Of a stretch of DNA of 64,000 nt, positions 1 to 8,300 are shown piece after piece. The stretch spans positions 3,297 to 67,296 of the forward strand of contig JAAWDH010000020.1 of the NCBI GenBank assembly GCA_022793675.1. Reading direction: 5' to 3'. Under the pieces are notes generated by a model. It ran no database searches and had not been told where the DNA came from. It saw nothing but the letters and a program-made list of their open reading frames with translations. This DNA is from Oscillospiraceae bacterium. GTDB lineage: Bacteria > Bacillota > Clostridia > Oscillospirales > Ruminococcaceae. A program made the translations under genes and the position numbers. Position 1 is the stretch's first letter. Each line of letters opens with the position of its first letter.

Positions 1-1
1 G

Positions 2-154
2 GCGGCGTCGTTTCTCGCTTCTTGGTTTTTGTGCACGCAGCTGCATATCAGCGAGCTTGTCGCCAAATACCTGGTGGATATCCTGCTGGCAGTCGTCAGT
101 TATCAGATCCAGCTGCGCTGGGTCTTCCAAAGCAAGGACAGTGAAGGCACATGA
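2..154 (+). CDS. C-terminal fragment of a membrane protein (GtrA-like tail), truncated by window start
   Basis: Frame 2 is open from the window edge and reads ...LVAKYLVDILLAVVSYQIQLRWVFQSKDSEGT*. Stop TGA 152-154 overlaps ATG 151 of the next ORF (ATGA coupling). The hydrophobic tail ending in RWVF is typical of the GtrA family. Confidence 0.4.
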   Translation, partial: AASFLASWFLCTQLHISELVAKYLVDILLAVVSYQIQLRWVFQSKDSEGT

Positions 155-843
155 AGGTTTATGGAAACTGTATCCGCTTTCTGCGCTGCTGCGCGAGAGG
201 GGCGGCAGGCTGGCGGAGCGAGGAGCCGCCGGTCAGCGGCCCTGCGGTTTACCTAGTCCATCATCAAAATCTGTATGGGCCGTTTCATGTGTTGGCCTTC
301 TATCCTAAAGAGCTGCGCCCTTGGATCTATTCCCCGTTCTGCGGCCGCAAGGAGTGTTTTGACCAGTATTACCGCTATACTTTTACCAAGCGTTTCGGGA
401 TGCCCAAGCCTATCGGCTTTGCAGCCGCGGGGATCTGTTCCGTGGTGATTCCGGCGCTGATGCGGGATTACCGCGCTATCCCAGTTTATCGCGACGGGCG
501 GCGGATTAGGGAGACGATGTCCCTCTCCCAACAGGCACTGGAAAGGGGCGAAAGCCTTTTAATCTGCCCGGACGTAGATTATTCCAACAGCCAGGAAGAA
601 ACAGGGAAAATTTACCAGGGCTTTCTGCGCCTGGAAAAGGACTATTTCAAGCGGACGGGCCAGCATTTGGCATTTGTACCGATGGCCTGCGCCAAAAAGG
701 GCCGGAAAATCCTTTTTGGGGCACCGGTTTATTTTGAAGACAGCCCACTTTTTAAACAACAGCAGGACGCAGTGGCCAAACGGCTGATTGAGGGGATGAA
801 CACTGTCGGGAAACGTGCCGAGGCCTTCAAGGCCAAAAGATAG
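151..843 (+). CDS. putative acyltransferase (divergent PlsC/LPLAT-like)
   Basis: 230-aa ORF. HHQNLYG and LICPDVDYS resemble acyltransferase motifs I and III, but the motif I Asp is absent. Translationally coupled to the upstream fragment. Confidence 0.4.
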   Translation: MKVYGNCIRFLRCCARGAAGWRSEEPPVSGPAVYLVHHQNLYGPFHVLAFYPKELRPWIYSPFCGRKECFDQYYRYTFTKRFGMPKPIGFAAAGICSVVIPALMRDYRAIPVYRDGRRIRETMSLSQQALERGESLLICPDVDYSNSQEETGKIYQGFLRLEKDYFKRTGQHLAFVPMACAKKGRKILFGAPVYFEDSPLFKQQQDAVAKRLIEGMNTVGKRAEAFKAKR

Positions 844-901
844 GCAAAAAGGTTTTTGACTTGGATCAGCTGAATAAAAATTTAGGGCGGATGATGACGG
901 T

Positions 902-1246
902 ATGGATGCGTTGCTGGGCAAATTGAAAGAAATCCATTATGAGGAATTGGATATAGATGAATTTATAGATTTACGGGAAAATGACCCATTTGATAGCGAA
1001 TGGGTGCGGGTTTATCGGGCAATTGAAGGACTTAAAAAGGGCCGGGATATCAAAGATGCGAGAGAGATAGCAGAAAAAGCATATTTGTTGGTTCTTAAGC
1101 AATCCGCTTCTACTGATTTAGCAGAATTCATTTCCGATGATTTTTACATGATAGCGGACAGTAAAGCGTTAAACTATTCTGACAGATGGCTGGACAAACT
1201 GATTGCCTGCTACGAGAATGCCGTCATCCCTTGCGGAGAGTTATAG
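902..1246 (+). CDS. hypothetical protein (low-GC orphan)
   Basis: 114-aa ORF in a visibly AT-richer patch. No recognisable motif. Confidence 0.5.
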   Translation: MDALLGKLKEIHYEELDIDEFIDLRENDPFDSEWVRVYRAIEGLKKGRDIKDAREIAEKAYLLVLKQSASTDLAEFISDDFYMIADSKALNYSDRWLDKLIACYENAVIPCGEL

Positions 1247-1292
1247 GAATCCTCATTTCCTTGATTTTAGCGTTTGCCCGTTTGGGCAAAGC

Positions 1293-2195
1293 CTATCTTC
1301 CCCATCCGTCCAGCAGTCGGAAAACTGCCCCGCACTGGGGACAGCACGCATCGCCGGCCATATTCAGGCATAAATCCCCAAAGAGGATGTCCCCTTTGTC
1401 TGAACTCAGCCGTTTCAGCAGATATGCGTAAAGGAACACGGCGGCGGAAAGCGGCGTGTCCTCGTTGATCCCCTTTTCACAGACAGCATAAGCTGTGCGG
1501 ATTTCCTCATCGTTTTTGGCCGCCGCACACTTTTCCAGCAGTTTCAGCCAGGGGTTATCTGGGCAAAGCGGCAGGCTGGCAATATCGTTCAGGATATGGG
1601 CATAAGGCGTCTGAAGGCCAGGCGCTTTTTCTTTTTTGCTGTTGCAGACGCCCTTTTGGCTAATGAGGTAGAGGGCTATGTGCCCATTGGGGCAGGCGGC
1701 TTCCAGCTCGATTTCGCTGTCAAACAGTGCCGCCGCTTTTGCAAAATCAGGCCGCGCCAGCCCAAAGGGTGCGGCCAGCAGGTAATGGAGGCCTTCCGGC
1801 GCGTCTGAAAAGTCATACTGGAGAAAGAAGTGGAAGAAAGCCTTTTCGGCGTCAGCCCGCGCCTGCTTGTAAACCGCTGTTGCCTCGCCGGGGATGTTGT
1901 CTTGGTATTCCTCGTTGCCCTCGGCAAACCATGCGCCAATCCAGGCCCATAGCTCGGCAGCTTCTTTAGGCGGTTTGCCGGCGGCAGCCTCGGCCAGATA
2001 AGGGAAAGCTAGATAAAAAGGCGGATAAAGGGTGTTTGACTCGCAAAGGCGCTCGCAGAGTGAAGCGAACAGGTCGGACTCAGGGCTGGCATCAGGGCTT
2101 TTGATAAATTCTGCCAGCAGTTCCCGCACCGTAGGGGAAGGGCCAGGGTCAAGCGCCGCCCAATAAGGGCTGTCCAAAGGTATTTTGCTGATCAT
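1293..2195 (-). CDS. hypothetical protein with C-terminal CCPQC motif
   Basis: 300-aa ORF with host-like GC. Helical-looking with a Cys cluster at the C-terminus. No family recognised. Confidence 0.55.
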   Translation of the reverse strand: MISKIPLDSPYWAALDPGPSPTVRELLAEFIKSPDASPESDLFASLCERLCESNTLYPPFYLAFPYLAEAAAGKPPKEAAELWAWIGAWFAEGNEEYQDNIPGEATAVYKQARADAEKAFFHFFLQYDFSDAPEGLHYLLAAPFGLARPDFAKAAALFDSEIELEAACPNGHIALYLISQKGVCNSKKEKAPGLQTPYAHILNDIASLPLCPDNPWLKLLEKCAAAKNDEEIRTAYAVCEKGINEDTPLSAAVFLYAYLLKRLSSDKGDILFGDLCLNMAGDACCPQCGAVFRLLDGWGR

Positions 2196-2207
2196 TTTTA
2201 TGCCTCC

Positions 2208-3011
2208 TTAAAAGTGAGCGGGTTTTGTCCGCCAAACGCGCGGCGGAACGCCCATGCGCTGGCGGAACAGGCCGGAAAAATAGTGCGCGTCTTCATAGCC
2301 CAGGCGGGCCGAAATTTCCTGTATAGGCAAGGACGTATTTTGCAGCAGCAAGCAGGCAAGCTCCATCTTTTTCTCCAGCAGGTAGGCGTAAGGCGTGCAG
2401 CCATAGGTCTTTTTGAACAGCTTGGCCGTATAATCCGCAGAGCGGTAAATCGTTTCCGCTAGTTCCTGTATTTTCACCAGCCGATGGACGTTTTGGTCCA
2501 GGTAAAGTTTTATCGCCGCGGCTTCGGGCGGCTCATACCGGGCGGCATGGCGGCAGGCGTAAAGCGCCGCGCAGATTTCGTGAAATTTCAGCGCGCAGGC
2601 GGAGAGCTGTTCCGGCGAAGGCGGCTGTTTGAAAAACTCATAGAGCGACAAAAAGAGCGCTTCGGTCTTGCAGCCGGAAAAGATGACGTTCCCCGCCAGC
2701 TGGTAAGCTGAAAACAGCGCGTCCGGCAGGCTGCCGCAGAGGTTCATGAAAATTTTCCGCCAAGGGTCGGCGCTGTCGGAAAAATACTCCTGCTCCGAGC
2801 CTTTCGGCAGCAGGTAGACGTCTCCCGCCGACGCCGTGTAATGGACGCCGTCTACGATAATCCGGCCCGTCCCCTGCAAAACCTGTTCCAGCACCCAGCA
2901 TTCCGAAGCCGGGCGGCAGATATGGTAGCTGCCGTCGCACCAGGAGTACCCGGCTAGCTGTAACGTGAAAACCTCGTCCCCGCCAGGGAAATAATAGAGA
3001 TCCTCTTTCAA
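2208..3011 (-). CDS. AraC family transcriptional regulator (cupin sensor + HTH)
   Basis: The C-terminal AraC HTH signature is present (...LGYEDAHYFSGLFRQRMGVPPRVWR). The N-terminus is cupin-like. Divergent from a glycoside-hydrolase-like gene. Confidence 0.9.
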   Translation of the reverse strand: MKEDLYYFPGGDEVFTLQLAGYSWCDGSYHICRPASECWVLEQVLQGTGRIIVDGVHYTASAGDVYLLPKGSEQEYFSDSADPWRKIFMNLCGSLPDALFSAYQLAGNVIFSGCKTEALFLSLYEFFKQPPSPEQLSACALKFHEICAALYACRHAARYEPPEAAAIKLYLDQNVHRLVKIQELAETIYRSADYTAKLFKKTYGCTPYAYLLEKKMELACLLLQNTSLPIQEISARLGYEDAHYFSGLFRQRMGVPPRVWRTKPAHF

Positions 3012-3097
3012 CTTGTATTCCTCACCTTTTTGCTGGTTTTTTCTCTTGCAAAATCTCCCTAATCAGTATATCCTACAAAGGAAAGGGTTGTCAAGGC

Positions 3098-3235
3098 AGG
3101 CTTCGCCCGCTGACAGTTCGCGTTTGCTTCTTCGCACCTTGCGCACCCACCCCTCGCTGCGGGGAAGCGATAACCTGGTTCCCCCTCAAACGCTTATAAA
3201 ACAACACGGAGCGAGCTTGCTCGCGAGTCTCAAAA
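3098..3235. repeat. degenerate hybrid of C-sub/E/D modules in the AraC/DUF4965 divergent region
   Basis: GACAGTTCGCGTTTGC and CCCTCGCTGCGGGGAAGCGATAACCTGG resemble modules seen at 53466-53505 and 34355-34385. The match is weak. Confidence 0.3.
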
Positions 3236-3250
3236 AAGGAGGAGTTTTCT

Positions 3251-5152
3251 ATGAAATTGCGCCCGCCCGCACTGCCGTTAATCAATGTTGACCCTTATTT
3301 CAGCGTTTGGTCAATGGCCGACCGCATTACCGACAAAGCGCCCTGCCACTGGACAGGCAAGCCCAATTCAATTACGGGTATCGCCGTGATTGACGGCGTC
3401 CCCTACCGTTTTTTGGGCGAAGGGGAAGCACCGGCGATGGTTCAGGCTGCTGTTGAGGTAGAGGCTATGTCTACAGCTGTGACTATGGAGGCTGTCGGGG
3501 TAAAGCTGGAACTGTTTTTCCTAAGCCCTTTGCTGATAAAGGATTACGAGCGTTTAACCCGTCCAGTTTCCTATTTGCAGGTATCGGCCAGCAGTCTTGA
3601 CGGCAAGGCCCATCAGGTGATAGTCAAAATTAGCGTGTCGGAGGAGCTTTGTCTGGATAAAAAAGGCCAGAAGCCGGTTGTCAGTGAAACCCTTGTGCTG
3701 CCCGGGGGAATCAAAGCCGCCAAAATGGGCGGCATCGACCAGCCAGTTTTAGCGGTGAGCGGCGACGACATCCGCATTGATTGGGGATATGTTTACCTTG
3801 CTGTTAAGGGCAGCGGGGCTGCTGTGGGGACGGAGAAAGGCGAAATGAGCTGGATTACCGCTGAAGCCGACCTGTCGGCGGAGCCGGCGCTGTTTGCTTT
3901 TGCCTATGACGATATTGAGAGCATCGAATATTTCGGCAGCCGTCTGAAGTCCTGGTGGAATAGGGATGGTAAGACCATTGAGACGGCTATTGCCGAAAGC
4001 TACGGCGATTTTGAAGAAGTAAGGGCTGATTGCGCCGCCTTTTCCGATAGACTTTTCCGGGACGCTGTCCGCGCCGGCGGCGAGAAATACGCTGAACTGC
4101 TGCTGCTGGCCTACCGGCAGGTGCTGGGGGCCCATAAACTGGCGCTGGATAAAAACGGCGAGCTGCTTTACATCTCCAAGGAGTGCTTTTCCAACGGCTG
4201 TGCTGCGACAGCCGACGTCAGCTACCCCTCTATCCCTCTTTTTCTGCTTTATAACCCCGAGCTGGTTAAGGGGATGATGCGCCCAATCTTCCGTTATGCG
4301 AAGACGGACGCTTGGAAATATGATTTTGCGCCCCATGACGCCGGCACTTACCCCAAAGTCAACGGCCAGGTCTACGGCGGCGTCGACCCTAAGCTGGAGA
4401 TGCAGATGCCGGTGGAGGAATGCGGCAATATGATCCTGATGGCGGCGGCTGTCTGTCTAGCGGAGAAAGACCCTGCTTTCGGGATGGAGCATATCGACGA
4501 GCTGGCAGGCTGGGCGAAATATCTGTTGGAGAACGGCGCGGACCCCAATAACCAGCTTTGCACCGACGACTTTGCCGGCCATCTTGCCCACAACTGCAAC
4601 CTGTCGCTGAAAGCAATTATGGCGCTGGCGGGCTTGGGTGAAATCCTTAAAATGGCTGGGCGGCAGGAAGAGGCGGCCCAGTACGAAAGCGCTGCTCGGG
4701 AGATGGCTAAAAACTGGGTGAGCACCGCGGCCAACGGCGACGGAAGCTTTCGGCTTGCCTTTGACCAGCCTGGCAGCTTCAGCATGAAATACAATGTTGT
4801 CTGGGATAAGGTGATGGGTCTTGGCATTTTCCCTAAAGAGGTTATCGCTTCGGAGTTTGCCAGCTATAAAAAGCGCGTTAACCCCTACGGGATGCCGCTG
4901 GACAACCGTAAAGATTACACCAAATCCGACTGGCTGGTCTGGACAGCGACCCTTGCAGCCGAGCGGGAGGATTTTGAAGCTTTTGTCGAGCCGCTGTGGA
5001 AGTTCTACCACTACTCCCCTTCGCGGGTGCCGATGGGCGACTGGTATGAGACCATCACAGCTGCGGCTGTCTGTTTCCAGCACCGCACCGTGCAGGGCGG
5101 GCTGTATATGAAGCTCTTGGAGCAAAGCGGCATTTGCCGGGTTAAGCGGTAA
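3251..5152 (+). CDS. glutaminase A-like / DUF4965-DUF1793 family protein (six-hairpin glycosidase-like)
   Basis: 633 aa. Motifs DVSYPSIPLFLLYNPELVKGMMRPIF, FAPHDAGTYP and MPVEECGNMILM are characteristic of the DUF4965/DUF1793 (GtaA-like) family. RBS AAGGAGG lies upstream. Confidence 0.8.
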   Translation: MKLRPPALPLINVDPYFSVWSMADRITDKAPCHWTGKPNSITGIAVIDGVPYRFLGEGEAPAMVQAAVEVEAMSTAVTMEAVGVKLELFFLSPLLIKDYERLTRPVSYLQVSASSLDGKAHQVIVKISVSEELCLDKKGQKPVVSETLVLPGGIKAAKMGGIDQPVLAVSGDDIRIDWGYVYLAVKGSGAAVGTEKGEMSWITAEADLSAEPALFAFAYDDIESIEYFGSRLKSWWNRDGKTIETAIAESYGDFEEVRADCAAFSDRLFRDAVRAGGEKYAELLLLAYRQVLGAHKLALDKNGELLYISKECFSNGCAATADVSYPSIPLFLLYNPELVKGMMRPIFRYAKTDAWKYDFAPHDAGTYPKVNGQVYGGVDPKLEMQMPVEECGNMILMAAAVCLAEKDPAFGMEHIDELAGWAKYLLENGADPNNQLCTDDFAGHLAHNCNLSLKAIMALAGLGEILKMAGRQEEAAQYESAAREMAKNWVSTAANGDGSFRLAFDQPGSFSMKYNVVWDKVMGLGIFPKEVIASEFASYKKRVNPYGMPLDNRKDYTKSDWLVWTATLAAEREDFEAFVEPLWKFYHYSPSRVPMGDWYETITAAAVCFQHRTVQGGLYMKLLEQSGICRVKR

Positions 5153-5160
5153 ACTAGGTT

Positions 5161-5272
5161 CCCCTAAGATTGCCAAGGAAAAAAGTTTTACTCGATTTTT
5201 TTCAAAAAATCGCGGGATCCAAGGGCAGCGCCCTGGTCGCCCTCCGCAGAGGGCGAAATCCCCTTCGACAAT
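5161..5272 (-). repeat. D-type variant of the repeat family
   Basis: The reverse complement reads GAAGGGGATTTCGCCCTCTGCGGAGGGCGACCAGGGC...CGCGATTTTTTGAAAAAAATCGAGTAAAACTTTTTTCCTTGGCAATCTTAGGGG. This matches 34347-34447, 18600-18718 and 52017-52067. Confidence 0.75.
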
Positions 5273-5275
5273 TTG

Positions 5276-5312
5276 AAGCCGCCTGCGGAATTGGACCGCA
5301 GGCGGCTTTTGG
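5276..5312. terminator. bidirectional terminator between convergent DUF4965 and adhesin genes
   Basis: AAGCCGCCTGCGG-AATTGGA-CCGCAGGCGGCTT, then TTGGGCGTTT. Confidence 0.7.
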
Positions 5313-5324
5313 GCGTTTATAGGT

Positions 5325-8300
5325 TTATTCTTGCTTCCTGCGGTAGAGGGAAATGGCGATCCCCAGCCCCATCAGGGACAATAGCGCCAGCATTGCCCAG
5401 AAATAGAAGTTATCTCCGGTTTTGGGCGCTAACGGCACCTCGTCTTCGGGGATCCAGATATACTCTTCGGTTTCAGGATCCCACATCCGGATATAAGTCG
5501 TGGGGACGCCGTCTTCCAGGATGGTGATGGTGTCCGGGCTGTCGGGGAGGTTGGGGTCGGGCAGCTCGGTGGGGTAGTCGGGACGGCTGGAAGGCGGTTC
5601 AGAGCCGTCCGGATCGGAAGAAGCGGAAGGCGAAGATGGGGATGAAGGTTCCGAGGATGGTTCGGAAGAGGGTTCTAAAGGAGGCTCCGAGGACGGTTCT
5701 GAAGATGGCTCAGAGGATGGCTCCGAAGAAGGTTCAGAGCTTTCTGTTGGGGAAGAAGGCTCTGAAGGGGTGGTTGGCTTCGGCTCCTTGCTGTTGACAA
5801 AAGAGGCTATGGCTGTTTCATCTTTTTTGATTTCTAGGCTGATCGAGCCGGAAACAGGTTCGTGATAGTGCCAGCCCTCTTTCCCCGTTTCAGTTACCGT
5901 GACCTTGGTACCGGCGGGCAGGCCCTGGATGACGACTGTATCGTCATGGTGAAGCAGGATGGAAGGGTTGTCTTTGTTGATATGGCCGGCCTTATCCGTC
6001 CCCCAGAAAAAGTATGCATAATCGCCGTCCAATTCTGTGCCGTCCGGTTTGGCCAGGTTTATGGTTAAGGTAAATAATGCGTTGTAATCGGCGCTGGTGA
6101 GGCCGGTTCCGATGACCTTTTTGCTGATGGCCAGGCTGCCGGCGTCGGTTTTGGCGTTGTTTTCGTCAGTGACCACCACGACGTTGAGCAGGCTGAACAG
6201 GTTCGTGAGGTCGATCCCTCTCAAGTCGTCCTTGTTGGTATCTGGATTGGGGTTTTCGTACCGGCTGTCTGCCCCAATCAGGGCGGCGTAGTTTTGCTCT
6301 ACCCGGGCGCGGACGAAACCGGTGTCAGTGACAAAGAAGGGCCGGGTGTTTCTGCCGCCGTCAATGTCATGCAGGCCGTAGTCGTTGCACAGCCCCTTGT
6401 CCGACGAGGTGTTGATGCCGAAATGGAGGTTCATGCTGCGGGTAATATCTGTACCTTCAAGCTTTGCGTCCACCCAATCGTCTTTGCCAAAAGGATCTTC
6501 ATCGGAGGCTGGCGGCTGTGTCTGCATAAAAGCGGTAATATCCCGCAGTGTGATGTCTACGTCGCCGTCGGTGGCGTATTGGTGCATAGTCTGGGTCAGC
6601 TTGCCCACAGCGGCCATGACAGAAATATTATTGTCCGGCGCGCCCGCGTCGGCATAGATGGAGTAGTTGCCGACGACAACAGGGATGACGGTGTTGTTGA
6701 GGGTATGGCCGGCTGGCGCCGAGGTTTCTTTTAGGTAATACTGCGCGCCTTCGTCAGCCTTGGCCCATTCTACCTTTGCGTGGCCTTGGGTATTATTATT
6801 TTCAGGCGAAAACACCAGAAGGCCGTTGCTGTCGGTAACACCGGAAACGATAGCGTTACTGCATTCTTTGTTGCTGTACAGCGTAAACGTTGCGTTGCTC
6901 AGCGCGTTCCCATGCTGGTCAATCTTTTTGACCCACAGCTCCCGCCGCTCGTTGGGGATATAAATTAGCGAACGGAAGTTGCGGTTAAACTGGGAAGTGT
7001 TCAAAAAGCTGAAGCCCTTGCCGCTGCCGGTGTTCTGGCTGGCGGTGTCAACGTTCATAATTTTTATGACGGCAGCGTCCACCTCATGGGTTTTCAGGTA
7101 TTCCCGCAGCGCTTTGTAGCGCGCTTCGGCGGTGCTCTCTTGGATGCCGAGCGCTTTTAATGCGTCCGGTTCGATTATCCCGTAAACCATCCGCATATCG
7201 CCGCCCTTGTTGTTGAGCTGATAGCGGCTGGCAAGGCCGGGCAGGTCAATGAGTTCGCCTTTTAGGCGGCGGTTTTCGCTGTCCCAAGAGAGGTACCAGT
7301 CGGGGGTATCCGCATCCTTGATCTGCTGCAGCGCCGCCCACAGCACGGCGCTTCGCCATTTCTGGACATCCTTGGCGTCGGCCGCAGAGATTTTGGCGGC
7401 AGCAAAGTCTGTCAAGTTGCCGCCATAAAGGGCTTCCCAGATATTATCCGACCTTCTTTTCAGCATCGGTACCGCTACGACTAAGCCGTCGCGCCGTTTT
7501 ACCTCGCTTACAGGTTTTGCAGCGTCTGTTTCTATATCGTTGTTGTCTGGGTTAAAATGGCCGTAGGTTGGCCGGCCGGTGCCGATAATGTTGGAGATTG
7601 AGCAGGCGTAAGCGCCTGTCGTCCAGCGGTTGGCTACGGTGAGCATCGCAGATTCTACGTCATAGTGCAGCACGATGTCGATGGGCAGTGCGCGGTAGCC
7701 CAGCGGCGTGTTGACTTCTTTGAGGATGAAGAATTGGGTCTCCAAGTCGGCAAAATTGAAAGGTTCCGTGCCGCTTTTGAAGATCGCGACGCCGTCAGGG
7801 CCGGTCGTCAGTTCGGCCAACGCTTTTTGGCCCGCTTGCTGCTTCACATAGAAGATTTCGCCGTTTTCGATGTTGCTGTCTGTATAGCGGCAGCGGATCC
7901 CTTCGGGGTCGTCTTTAGCAGCCATTTCTGCTTTGTAAAGGCTGAACCCGATATTTGGGATAGGATCGCCGTTCTGGTCGACCTTTTTGATATATTGGTA
8001 CAGCTGGGGCTGAAGGTTAAAGCGCAGCGCAAGGCTGGAGTCATAATTGCCCCGTTCCAGATAGAACATCTTTAAGGTGTGGTTGCTGTCGCTGGAGAAG
8101 GTGTTGCCGCTCCAGGTAAAGTCATCTGCTTTCCCTGCCGCCTTGAATAGGTCCTTCAGCGTAGTTTTGGTGACTAGGATATCCGAGTCTTCCGGGTTTT
8201 CCGGGATGCCCAAGGCGCTGAAAGCCCGGCCAATGCAGACTACGCCGGTAGAGAAGTCAATGGTGCCGTAGATTTCGCTGTGGATGCCGCCCAGGTCGAG

